Assembly: GCA_958451705.1 (NCBI GenBank)
Contig: CAUDRD010000001.1
Location: forward strand, 1 to 25,375
Direction of reading: 5' to 3'
Length of the DNA: 25,375 nucleotides
Source of the DNA: an uncultured Oscillospiraceae bacterium
Lineage (GTDB): Bacteria > Bacillota > Clostridia > Oscillospirales > Acutalibacteraceae
The position numbers were made by a program, and so were the translations under genes. The notes under the pieces were generated by a model, which saw nothing but the letters and a program-made list of their open reading frames with translations, did no database searches and was not told the origin of the DNA. Positions 1-8,945 of this stretch are shown in pieces (position 1 is the stretch's first letter; every line of letters begins with the position of its first letter).

Positions 1-773
1 AAAATAACGTGTCTGAATCTTCTCTCGAAAAGAACTACAAAAACACCTGATGCCATAAGAAGGGCGAAGGAATAGGTGAAATTGTTTTTCATTATTATTG
101 AGTCTATCTTTTCTTTCAGGTATCCGTACCACATACCGAAAGTGAATACAAGCATGGTGTTATACCAAGAGGACGGTTTTCCTGTTTTCTTAATGGTAAA
201 GATCAGTATTACCGTTAAAATGGTCATGGTTATCAGTGCGAGAACCTTATGCTTTCCGAAAATTAGGAAAGAGAGGATAAGGGCAATATATAATAAAAGA
301 GTTGCGCCGATATACCAGTTGCTGTTTCCTATACTTGTCCATGTAAGAAAGGCTAAAAGAGTATCTTTTAAAGAATAGTTCTTCTTAATGAATATCAGAT
401 TAAGCATAAAATAGAGAAAAACGGCTATATCAAAATGCAAAAGCAGAGGAAGAAAACGTTTTTTAAACATTCCTCTGACATATGTTTTCCCCTTTGCTTT
501 TATGGAACACATAATACCGTAGCCTGAGAAAAACAGAAACGGTACAACCACTAACTGCCCCATATATGAGTGCATAGTAGTCCATTGAATATCAATATCA
601 GGGTTTATTTTAATATATCCTACCGAGTGACAAAGAAAAACGAGAAAAACAAAAATTCCGTTAATCGCCGTTGTCGATTCTTTTGAAAGATAGTCGGTAT
701 TGAATTGTCCTGCCGGAGCAAATTTTGCCTGAGCCATTACAATAAACAGCCCGATCATAAGAATATAAAACAT
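1..773 (-). CDS. Acyltransferase family 3 (OafA/YrhL-like) membrane protein; 3' end runs off the window
   Basis: Manual translation from ATG at 773 (RBS GAGGGG upstream) stays open to position 1: MFYILMIGLFIVMAQAKF...NGIFVFLVFLCH...PFLFFSGYG...KKRF...GNSNWY. The hydrophobic helices and the H / FFxSGY / KR / WY motifs fit AT3. It is missing from the ORF track because there is no stop in the window. Confidence 0.8.
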   Translation of the reverse strand, partial: MFYILMIGLFIVMAQAKFAPAGQFNTDYLSKESTTAINGIFVFLVFLCHSVGYIKINPDIDIQWTTMHSYMGQLVVVPFLFFSGYGIMCSIKAKGKTYVRGMFKKRFLPLLLHFDIAVFLYFMLNLIFIKKNYSLKDTLLAFLTWTSIGNSNWYIGATLLLYIALILSFLIFGKHKVLALITMTILTVILIFTIKKTGKPSSWYNTMLVFTFGMWYGYLKEKIDSIIMKNNFTYSFALLMASGVFVVLFERRFRHVI

Positions 774-840
774 TTAATAAAGCCCCCCTCAATAAGCTCC
801 ATGTTTTACTGAAAATTAAGTTATTCAACTATTCATTCTA

Positions 841-869
841 ATAATATCAAATAATTTGGCATAACGCAA
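841..869 (-). promoter_or_regulatory. Putative sigmaA promoter for the acyltransferase
   Basis: Minus strand TTGCGT-17 nt-TATTAT with an extended -10 TG. Confidence 0.5.
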
Positions 870-944
870 TTATTGCATCAAATAATTTGTAAATCCGATG
901 TCAAAGTGCAAAAAAAGCACCCTTTATTCTCGTCATTGTGAACA

Positions 945-973
945 GTGAAAAATAAATTGCCTTATGCTAAAAT
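945..973 (+). promoter_or_regulatory. Putative extended -10 promoter for the GH31 gene
   Basis: GTGAAA-17 nt-TAAAAT with TGn directly before the -10. Confidence 0.45.
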
Positions 974-1074
974 AAAGGCACAGTGAACAGTGCGCCGAAA
1001 TTCAGGTGAGTTAAGCTCTTTTGTTATTATGGACTCGGTGTGCGTCTAATAACCTTTCGGTGAGGAGTAGTTTT

Positions 1075-3477
1075 ATGGAGAGTGTTTTTGAAAACAAGTT
1101 TTCTTTTAAATCCCACGGTACCGCTGACAGCAGCTGTGTAAGACAGTACGGAAATGTCAGAATCAGCGTGCTCGCCGGCAGAATGCTTCGAGTTGAATTT
1201 AGTCCTACAATGAATTTTGAAGATAAGCCTACCCAGAAGGTTTGGTACAGAGATTTTGAAAAACCAAGATGCACCTTTGAAAAGAAAGGCGGAAGGGTTT
1301 TCGTAAAAACTGCCCACAGCGAATTTTGCTATGACCTTATGCTTAAAAAGATGTCGTATATAGTTCTCTCCGATGGAAGAAAAGTTACTAATTTTCATTC
1401 AGGGAATTTAAAAGGTACATACAGAACTCTTGACGCTACAGTAGGGGCGATACCTTTGGGTGACGGTCTTATTTCAAGAAACGGCGCAACTGTTTTTGAC
1501 GACAGTGATTCTCTTGTTCTGGAAGAGGACGGAACAATTTCGAGAAGAGCCCACTGGGAGCGAGATTTATATTATTTTGCTTACGGCAACGATTACAGAG
1601 GCTGCATCTATGATTTTTACCGTCTTACCGGCAAAACGCCACTTGTTCCCCGTTGGTGCCTCGGTAACTGGTGGAGTCGATATAAAGCCTATACCCAGCA
1701 GGAATACCTTGACCTTATGGAACGTTTTATGGAAGAAGAAATCCCAATAACAGTGGCTACCATCGATATGGACTGGCACTGGGTTGACGTTGTGGGAAAA
1801 TTCGGTGAAAGCGCTAAAAATCAAATAGCTCCTAAAACCATACAGGAGGCATTTGTAAGCGACGGCTGGACGGGATACAGCTGGAATACCGACCTTTTCC
1901 CCGATTACAAAAAATTTTTGCGCCAGTTAAAGGATATGAACTTTAAAATTACCCTTAACATTCATCCGTCAACAGGTGTAAGGTGGTTTGAAGATGCCTA
2001 TGACGAAATGGCGGATGAACTGGGTTATGATAAGAGCAAGAAAGAGCAGATTCCCTTTGATATAACCGACAGGAAATATGTAGAGGCTTATTTTAAATAT
2101 CTTCATCACCCCTATGAAAAGGACGGCGTTGATTTCTGGTGGATTGACTGGCAGCAGGGCAAAAACACTCGTCTTAAAGGACTTGACCCTCTGTGGGCTC
2201 TCAATCACTACCATTATCTCGATAACACTGATAAAAATAAGCGTGGACTTATTCTTTCAAGATATGCCGAAGAGGGCAGCCACCGCTATCCTTTGGGATT
2301 TTCAGGTGATACTAGTGTTTCATGGGACTGTCTGAGATTTCAGCCCTATTTTACCGCAACGGCGGCAAATGTGGGATACAGCTGGTGGAGCCATGATATA
2401 GGCGGACATCACAAGTGCAAAAAGGATGACGAGCTTTATATAAGATGGGTCCAGTTCGGAGTTTTCAGTCCGATAATGCGACTTCATTCCACAAGCAATG
2501 AATTTATGGGTAAGGAGCCGTGGAAATATCGCTATGATGCCCGTATTATAGCTACGGAAAATCTTCGCCTTCGCCACAGGCTTATTCCCTATATCTATTC
2601 TATGAATTACAGAACATACTCAAAGGGTATTGCTCTTTGCGAGCCAATGTATTACTCATACCCTGAAAGGGAAGAGGCTTATTCTGTAAGAAACGAATAT
2701 TTCTTCGGCAGCGAGCTTATAGCTGCACCTATTACGAGTCCTGTTTCGCCTGAAACAAATCTTTCATGCGCTAAGGTATGGCTTCCTGAGGGACGTTTTA
2801 CCGATATTTTCACAGGCAGAATTTATAAGGGCGGAAGATATTACGATATGTACAGGGGACTCGAAAGCATACCTGTACTTGCCAAAGAGGGAGCAATAAT
2901 TCCAATAGGCGTACAGGACAGATGTAATAACTGGAAGAATCCCGAAAAAATGGAGGTTCTCGTTTACCGAGGAAACGGAAGCTTTAATCTTTATGAAGAT
3001 GACGGGGAAACAAGAGAGTTCGAAAGCGGTGGCTTCGCACAAACAAAGCTTAAGGTTGACGAAATAGGCGATGAAACGGTATTTTCATGGAGTGCAGCTG
3101 AAGGTGACGGCTCATCACTTCCTAAATCGAGAGAGGTAAAAGTTGCTTTCCGTGACATTGCCGATGCGGAGAAAGTTACCGTAAACGGCAATGAAGTTCC
3201 CTTTGTATACGAGAAAAACCATATGGGGATTTCGGTTACAGTTTTAAACGTTACGCCGGAAAGCAGTTTTGAAATTAAGGTAATTGGTGTTAAAGCTCTC
3301 CAAAACCGCAATATAACAGAAGAGCTAATTGAGCTTATTACAAAGTTCCAGGCTCCCGTTGCATGGAAAGCGGAAAGATTTACAGATTTTGTCAAGAATC
3401 CCGGTAAAGCTATTCCTTGCTCCGGCGATTACAAGGGACCCATTGAAGAAATACTTAAAATTAACGGTATAATATAA
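1075..3477 (+). CDS. Glycoside hydrolase family 31 (alpha-glucosidase-type, resembles the GH31_u1 group)
   Basis: Motifs include GNWWSRY, IDMDWH, the nucleophile region WWIDWQQG, the acid/base region FSGD, WSHDIGG, RWVQFGVFSPIMRLH and the C-terminal LYEDDG. Start moved from 1021 to ATG 1075 because GAGGAG lies at 1062-1067. No signal peptide is evident. Confidence 0.93.
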   Translation: MESVFENKFSFKSHGTADSSCVRQYGNVRISVLAGRMLRVEFSPTMNFEDKPTQKVWYRDFEKPRCTFEKKGGRVFVKTAHSEFCYDLMLKKMSYIVLSDGRKVTNFHSGNLKGTYRTLDATVGAIPLGDGLISRNGATVFDDSDSLVLEEDGTISRRAHWERDLYYFAYGNDYRGCIYDFYRLTGKTPLVPRWCLGNWWSRYKAYTQQEYLDLMERFMEEEIPITVATIDMDWHWVDVVGKFGESAKNQIAPKTIQEAFVSDGWTGYSWNTDLFPDYKKFLRQLKDMNFKITLNIHPSTGVRWFEDAYDEMADELGYDKSKKEQIPFDITDRKYVEAYFKYLHHPYEKDGVDFWWIDWQQGKNTRLKGLDPLWALNHYHYLDNTDKNKRGLILSRYAEEGSHRYPLGFSGDTSVSWDCLRFQPYFTATAANVGYSWWSHDIGGHHKCKKDDELYIRWVQFGVFSPIMRLHSTSNEFMGKEPWKYRYDARIIATENLRLRHRLIPYIYSMNYRTYSKGIALCEPMYYSYPEREEAYSVRNEYFFGSELIAAPITSPVSPETNLSCAKVWLPEGRFTDIFTGRIYKGGRYYDMYRGLESIPVLAKEGAIIPIGVQDRCNNWKNPEKMEVLVYRGNGSFNLYEDDGETREFESGGFAQTKLKVDEIGDETVFSWSAAEGDGSSLPKSREVKVAFRDIADAEKVTVNGNEVPFVYEKNHMGISVTVLNVTPESSFEIKVIGVKALQNRNITEELIELITKFQAPVAWKAERFTDFVKNPGKAIPCSGDYKGPIEEILKINGII

Positions 3478-3524
3478 CAGAGTAAAACTAACAATTAAAT
3501 GTAGATAAAAAGGGGGACGGCTCT

Positions 3525-4142
3525 ATGAAAAAAGTCAAAAAGCTGCCTTTACCGGGTATGAGGAATATTAAAACCGCAGTTTCAGTGCTTTTATGTCTTG
3601 TAGTTTATTTGCTGTTCCCTCTTTTAGCCGAAATTACCAATGAATTTGACGGAAGATTTTTCGAGCTTCTAACCTTTATTGTAAACCGTCAGGACCCGAT
3701 GTTTGCCTGTATTGCGGCGGTGGTAGTAATGCAGTCAACAGTTGCGGATTCTGTAAGCAGCGGAAAAAGTCGTATTTACGGTACTGCGTTAGGGGCTGCG
3801 GCTGGCCTTCTTTTTCTGCTGATAAATTTAAGTGTTCCCGTTCGCTGGCTTAATATATTGCTTATTGCAATAGGTGTAGTGTTCTTAATCTATGTCTGCA
3901 ATCTTTTAAAGCTTCAAAACGCCGTTTCAATTTCGGTTATCACATTTCTTGTAATTTTAATCAGTATCGGACAAAAGTCCCCATTTACTTATGCAGTAAA
4001 CAGGCTTCTTGATACAGGTATAGGAATAGTGATTTCGATTTTCGTAAATCGATATCTTAATTTCCCCTTTAAAAAGAAAAAATCAGCTGAGGAAAATTTG
4101 ACGGCGCAAAGCACTTCGGAAAGCAGCGACGGCGAAAAGTAA
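3525..4142 (+). CDS. FUSC / aromatic acid exporter (ArAE)-family membrane protein
   Basis: GMRNIKTA, FACIAAVVVMQ, RIYGTALG and NRLLDTGIGI motifs, several TM helices, RBS AGGGGG. Confidence 0.8.
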   Translation: MKKVKKLPLPGMRNIKTAVSVLLCLVVYLLFPLLAEITNEFDGRFFELLTFIVNRQDPMFACIAAVVVMQSTVADSVSSGKSRIYGTALGAAAGLLFLLINLSVPVRWLNILLIAIGVVFLIYVCNLLKLQNAVSISVITFLVILISIGQKSPFTYAVNRLLDTGIGIVISIFVNRYLNFPFKKKKSAEENLTAQSTSESSDGEK

Positions 4143-4175
4143 GAAAACGAAAATTAAAAAATCCCTTGCAGACTT

Positions 4176-4219
4176 TTAAACGCCCCAATTTGTACAGACA
4201 GTACAATCGGGGCGTTTAA
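4176..4219. terminator. Long hairpin, probable bidirectional terminator
   Basis: TTAAACGCCCC...GTAC-AGACA-GTAC...GGGGCGTTTAA between convergent genes. Confidence 0.6.
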
Positions 4220-4263
4220 TGTTACCATAGAAACTTCTTTTCAGATATATGTTTTGAGTTAAG

Positions 4264-4293
4264 TGCCCCGTAAAGACAAAACTTTACGGGGCA
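4264..4293 (-). terminator. Hairpin just after the AraC stop codon
   Basis: Perfect 12-bp stem TGCCCCGTAAAG/CTTTACGGGGCA; the U-tract is poor. Confidence 0.55.
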
Positions 4294-4304
4294 TGGAACT
4301 TTAA

Positions 4305-5153
4305 TCAGAAGTTAAGTTTTCTAAACTTACCGGGAGATATTCCGGCGTTTGAAGTAAAGAAAAATATAAAGTTAGATTCGCTGTTAAAACCGGTTTTAAA
4401 TGCTATTTCCGAAATACTCATGTTTGTTTCTCTCAGGCAGTTTTTTGCAACGTTGAGTCTTGTTACGAGAACATAATCATAGGGAGAATAGCCGGTTTGC
4501 TGTTTAAAAATTCTTGAAAAATGAGAAACGCTCATATGAACCTGTTTGGCTATTGAAGCCACCGTTAAACGCTCTCCCAAGTTTTCGCTGATATATTTCT
4601 GCGCTTGTGCAACGCTTTTTTCGTTGGAGCTGTTTTTCTTTGCTTTGGATTGCGTGCCGTTCATAAGCTCACATAAGAGAGAATAAATTTCTGCCGACAT
4701 GGAGCTTTCAGAAAGAGTCCTTTTACCGTCCATGTTTAGGTAAAGGTTTTTTAAAGACTTCTTAACGGCTTTCGGGTTTGAGCAGTTTACCACATTTCCT
4801 GCATTTGAAGTAATGTATTCATATAATTCTAAAGACCCCGGACCGTCAAAGTGGAGCCAAATAGATTCAAAATATGTGTCAGTATCATATTCGTGAGGTT
4901 CATAGCAGTTTAAAATTACCGCTGAACCGGCTTGTACCGCCACTTTTTCACCGTTTAGATATACATTAAAAGTTCCTTCGATAATATATGTTATCAGAAA
5001 GCTGTCATATCGCTCTCTTATGAGATGGTATCCGTCAACACAGAAAAAATGACCCATTGAGAGGGGGTAGAAAAGATGTGCCCTTGCTTTTGGAGAAGGA
5101 GAGAAGAAATAAACGTCGGACTTATTCAATACGCCTTTTTCGCTGCACTTCAT
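4305..5153 (-). CDS. AraC-family transcriptional regulator
   Basis: N-terminal cupin-like ligand domain and C-terminal double HTH (MSVSHFSRIFKQQTG...SISEIAFKTGF...GISPGKFR). ATG at 5153 preferred over TTG at 5162. Confidence 0.93.
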   Translation of the reverse strand: MKCSEKGVLNKSDVYFFSPSPKARAHLFYPLSMGHFFCVDGYHLIRERYDSFLITYIIEGTFNVYLNGEKVAVQAGSAVILNCYEPHEYDTDTYFESIWLHFDGPGSLELYEYITSNAGNVVNCSNPKAVKKSLKNLYLNMDGKRTLSESSMSAEIYSLLCELMNGTQSKAKKNSSNEKSVAQAQKYISENLGERLTVASIAKQVHMSVSHFSRIFKQQTGYSPYDYVLVTRLNVAKNCLRETNMSISEIAFKTGFNSESNFIFFFTSNAGISPGKFRKLNF

Positions 5154-5174
5154 AAAAATCAACTCTTTTTCCTG

Positions 5175-5236
5175 ATAGGATTTCTAAAAAAATAGGACGA
5201 TTTTCAAAAGAAATTTTAACTTAATGATTATATAAT
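5175..5236 (+). promoter_or_regulatory. Putative AraC-activated promoter of the sugar-acid operon
   Basis: TATAAT at 5231-5236 without a consensus -35. Direct repeats GATTTCTAAAA (5179) and GATTTTCAAAA (5199) are 20 bp apart and abut the -35 position; ATAGGA occurs at 5175 and 5192. Confidence 0.5.
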
Positions 5237-5255
5237 ATGGATAAAATATTGTCAA
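5227..5255 (-). promoter_or_regulatory. Consensus sigmaA promoter of the AraC gene
   Basis: Exact TTGACA-17 nt-TATAAT on the minus strand. Confidence 0.8.
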
Positions 5256-5390
5256 ACCGATATGAAATTTTGTAATCACATAAAGAGCGTACAGCAAGCG
5301 AGAAAAGGATAAAAGCGCTGATGTATATGCAATGTGAAATGGTACGAAGCTGCGGCAATTTTATTTAAAAACTAAGAGGTGAAATATATA

Positions 5391-6596
5391 ATGAAAACAA
5401 TGGGTACATATTTTCAAAACAGTGAAACCGAGCCCTTAAAGTACGGAGAGGTAAATCTCATAAACCCTCCACGCCAAAGGCTCAGAGGGGAGGAGAAGCT
5501 CGAGGGTATTGAAGCTGTTCCTGTATTTAACGGCTTTTGCGGCACTGATTTTGAGCTTATGAAAATGGGAAGAGCGGGTAATCTCAATGCAAAATTCCCA
5601 GAGGGAGAAAAAAGACTTATAAACGGCCATGAAGGCGTTGTGTGGGTTCCTTCCGAAAACAGATTTGCCATAGTCCTTATAAGAGGCGGGGACAGTTATG
5701 ACCCCACAAGATACACTGAAGATGAGACATATTTCGAGTACGGCTGCGACGGCGCAGACGGACTTTTCTGCGATAAAAACTACTTTAATCCCCAGATGCT
5801 TCTTCATCTTCCCGAAAAATATGAGGGACTTAAAAAGCTTCCTCTGTCTCTTGCAAAAAGGCTGGTTTTCTCAGACCCTTATGCCTGTGCGGTATTCCAG
5901 CATGAGCGTATGGAAGATATCGGCATGGCGCAGAATTTCCGTGTCGAAATGGCAAAGAGAAAATGTTCCTCCGCTGAGGCTATGGAGTACGCCAGAGAGA
6001 GCACCTTTGACAGGGTTGTAATTTTCGGCCTTGGCACAACGGGTCTTTTTATAGGCGATCAGATAAGACGCAACCACCAAAATGCTAAAATTCTTTTTGT
6101 AGGCAGAAGCTCCGAAGAAGCTGCAAAGGTTAAATTTGCAAAAGAAGTTGTAAAGGCCGATTATCTTTGCACCGATTCAATGAGCGAAGAGGAAACGGCG
6201 GAAAATATAATTAAGAAAATCGGCGGACGAGCTACTGTGTTTGTAGGTGTAAGCGGTACAAACGTTGAGCACCGTGTGGCTTTTCAGCATAAAGTCTTAG
6301 GCTGCAACGGAATATATAACAGTTTTTCTTTAGGCCCCCAGATAACTTTCGATACAATGCCCTTTGGCTTTGAAAATCATGTGATTTTTGCATCAATTAA
6401 CTTTACTCAGGCACATATGGAAAAGGCAATAGAAATCCTCAGTGAGAGCCGCTTTGATGAAATAGTGGAGCTTATTGATAAAGATGAGTTTATTGCCGAC
6501 CCCATTGACGCATATGAAAACAAAATTTATTCAAAGGCAGCTCCCCTTAAAACGGCCGTTGTCTGGAACAAAAACTATATGGAGATGGAAAAATAA
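5391..6596 (+). CDS. Atypical Zn-dependent MDR dehydrogenase, glucose-1-dehydrogenase-like; candidate aldose (L-galactose) dehydrogenase
   Basis: Catalytic Zn motifs GFCGTD and GHE, Rossmann GLGTTG, no four-Cys structural Zn loop. Start ATG 5391 follows GAGGTG. The substrate is inferred from context only. Confidence 0.75.
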   Translation: MKTMGTYFQNSETEPLKYGEVNLINPPRQRLRGEEKLEGIEAVPVFNGFCGTDFELMKMGRAGNLNAKFPEGEKRLINGHEGVVWVPSENRFAIVLIRGGDSYDPTRYTEDETYFEYGCDGADGLFCDKNYFNPQMLLHLPEKYEGLKKLPLSLAKRLVFSDPYACAVFQHERMEDIGMAQNFRVEMAKRKCSSAEAMEYARESTFDRVVIFGLGTTGLFIGDQIRRNHQNAKILFVGRSSEEAAKVKFAKEVVKADYLCTDSMSEEETAENIIKKIGGRATVFVGVSGTNVEHRVAFQHKVLGCNGIYNSFSLGPQITFDTMPFGFENHVIFASINFTQAHMEKAIEILSESRFDEIVELIDKDEFIADPIDAYENKIYSKAAPLKTAVVWNKNYMEMEK

Positions 6597-7612
6597 TGAA
6601 AACAGTTCAAATTATTGAGCCAGGTCAAATTGAAATAAGAGAGGCACCAATGCCCCAAGTAAAAGAAGGCGAAGCTCTTCTTAAAATCCTTTACTGCGGA
6701 ATCTGCGGCGCAGATGTTGCAAGTTTTACAGGCAACCAGCCTTTCACAACCTACCCCAGAATCCCCGGTCATGAGTTCAGCGCCGAAATCGCACAGATCG
6801 GCGAAAATGACAGAGGGCTCAAAGTTGGCGATATAGTAACAGCTAATCCCTATTTTAACTGCGGAAGCTGTTATTCCTGTAAGAGAGGCCTTGTAAACGC
6901 CTGTACCGATAACCGTACAATGGGCGTTCAGAGGGACGGAAGCTTTGCCGAATATGTTGCAATGCCCATTGAGAGAATTTATCACGGCAAAGGTCTTTCG
7001 GCTAAAGAGCTTGCTCTTATTGAGCCTTTCTCAATCGGTTATCACGCTCTTTCAAGAGCTGAGGTAAAGAAAGGTGACAACGTTCTCATTATGGGTTCAG
7101 GTCCTATAGGCCTCTTCGCTCTTATCTCTGCAAAGCAGAAGGGCGCAAGAGTTGCAATTGCCGATCTTCTCGATAACCGTCTTGCTCTTGCAAAAGAGTA
7201 TGGAGCAGATATGACCATAAATACTGGAAAAGAAGATCTTTCAGCAAAGAGCGCAGAGTTTACCGACGGCAACGGTTTTGATGTATGCGTTGAAGCCTGC
7301 GGACTTCCCGTAACCTTCCTTTCCTGCATTGAGCAGGCCGCATTCGGCGCAAATATAATCCTTATCGGCAACGGTAAGAAGGATACAACCTTCTGCCATT
7401 CCATTCTTTTAAAGAAAGAGCTTAACGTTTTCGGCAGCCGCAACTCCTACGGAAAAGACTTCCTTGCACTTATTGATATGGTTGCAGAGGGTAAAGTTGA
7501 CGTTCTGAAAATGGTAAGCGGCGTTTACGAAATGGATAACGCAATTGAAGCTTTTAAAGCTCTTGCAAATAATAAGGGAGACCTTGCAAAGCTCCTTGTA
7601 AAAATCGGCTGA
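6596..7612 (+). CDS. Zn-dependent MDR dehydrogenase, L-galactonate 5-dehydrogenase (LgoD/YjjN)-like
   Basis: GICGAD, YPRIPGHE, structural Zn CxxCxxC...C, MGVQRDG, GSGPIG and KKELNVFGSRN. Directly upstream of uxaB-uxaA and coupled to the previous gene (TAATG). Confidence 0.8.
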   Translation: MKTVQIIEPGQIEIREAPMPQVKEGEALLKILYCGICGADVASFTGNQPFTTYPRIPGHEFSAEIAQIGENDRGLKVGDIVTANPYFNCGSCYSCKRGLVNACTDNRTMGVQRDGSFAEYVAMPIERIYHGKGLSAKELALIEPFSIGYHALSRAEVKKGDNVLIMGSGPIGLFALISAKQKGARVAIADLLDNRLALAKEYGADMTINTGKEDLSAKSAEFTDGNGFDVCVEACGLPVTFLSCIEQAAFGANIILIGNGKKDTTFCHSILLKKELNVFGSRNSYGKDFLALIDMVAEGKVDVLKMVSGVYEMDNAIEAFKALANNKGDLAKLLVKIG

Positions 7613-7622
7613 GGTGATACTT

Positions 7623-8945
7623 ATGACAGAGAGAATAATTCAGTTTGGTGAAGGCAACTTTCTCAGAGGCTTTGCCGATTACTTTATACATAAGCTTAAC
7701 GAAAAAGGACTTTTCGACGGCAGCGTTGTGATTGTTCAGCCTATTGCAAAGGGACTTACAGATACAATAAATGCTCAGAAAGGTGAGTATAACCTCTATC
7801 TTCGAGGAATAAAGGACGGAAAAGAAGTCTGCGAACATACAAAAATTCAGAGCGTTTCGAGGGCAATAAATCCCTATGAGGACTTTGAGGCATATCTTGC
7901 TCTTGCCCATGACCCTAATTTCCGTTTTATTATTTCCAACACAACGGAAGCGGGTATCGCCTACGATGACTCATGTACTCCTAACGATGCTCCGCCTTCA
8001 TCATTTCCTTCAAAGCTCACTCTTTTACTTAACGAGCGCTTTAAAAAAGGACTAAAAGGTTTTATCATCCTTTCCTGCGAACTTATTGACCACAACGGCG
8101 ACGAGCTTAAAAAGTGCGTTCTTAAATATGCCGATAAGTGGAATTTAGGAGAGAATTTCAAAAAGTGGCTCTTAGAGGAAAACAGCTTCTGCAACACTCT
8201 TGTTGACAGAATAGTTACAGGTTATCCGAGAGAAGAGGCGGAGAAACTCTGCAAAGAGCTTGGATATGAAGATAAGCTTCTTGATACGGCTGAGATTTTC
8301 CACCTTTGGGTAATCGAAGGCCACTTTGAAGATGAGCTTCCCCTTCAGAAAGCTGGCTTCAACGTTGTCTGGACAGACGACGTAACTCCTTACAAAAAGC
8401 GTAAGGTGAGAATTTTAAACGGCGGACATACCTCCATGGTAACAGGTGCGCTTCTCTCAGGACTTGAAACTGTAGGGGAGTGCGTAAACGATGAAGTTGT
8501 GGGAAAGTTCCTTAAAAAGTGCCTGTTTACCGAAATAGTACCTACACTGGGTGGCAGTAAAGATGACGAGAATTTTGCAAATGCCGTACTGGAACGCTTT
8601 GCAAATCCCTATATTAAGCATATGCTCCGTTCAATTGCCCTTAACAGCGTAAGTAAATTCTCTGTCCGTGTACTTCCCACAATTCTCGAGTACAAGGAAC
8701 AGAAGGGAGAATATCCTCTTTCCCTTACAATGGCTCTTGCTGCGCTTATTGAGTTTTACAAAACCGATAAGCCTCAGGATCTTCCCGAAGTTGAGGAGTT
8801 TATGAAAAACGCTAGCGTTGAAGAAATTCTTAAAAACCAGAAGCTTTGGGGCAGCGATATTTCAGATATGAAAGAAAAGGTTGAAATCTGCCTTGATAAA
8901 ATTCACACTCTCGGCATGAAGAGGGCCATGGAATGGACGATTTAA
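7623..8945 (+). CDS. uxaB: Tagaturonate reductase (altronate oxidoreductase)
   Basis: QFGEGNFLRGF, SNTTEAGI, CELI, TLVDRIVTGYP, KVRILNGGHT and RFANP motifs; ATG 7623 follows GAGGTG. Confidence 0.93.
   Translation: MTERIIQFGEGNFLRGFADYFIHKLNEKGLFDGSVVIVQPIAKGLTDTINAQKGEYNLYLRGIKDGKEVCEHTKIQSVSRAINPYEDFEAYLALAHDPNFRFIISNTTEAGIAYDDSCTPNDAPPSSFPSKLTLLLNERFKKGLKGFIILSCELIDHNGDELKKCVLKYADKWNLGENFKKWLLEENSFCNTLVDRIVTGYPREEAEKLCKELGYEDKLLDTAEIFHLWVIEGHFEDELPLQKAGFNVVWTDDVTPYKKRKVRILNGGHTSMVTGALLSGLETVGECVNDEVVGKFLKKCLFTEIVPTLGGSKDDENFANAVLERFANPYIKHMLRSIALNSVSKFSVRVLPTILEYKEQKGEYPLSLTMALAALIEFYKTDKPQDLPEVEEFMKNASVEEILKNQKLWGSDISDMKEKVEICLDKIHTLGMKRAMEWTI

Noticed and set aside
76..378. 100-aa + strand ORF
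   Set aside because: Antisense shadow of the acyltransferase gene
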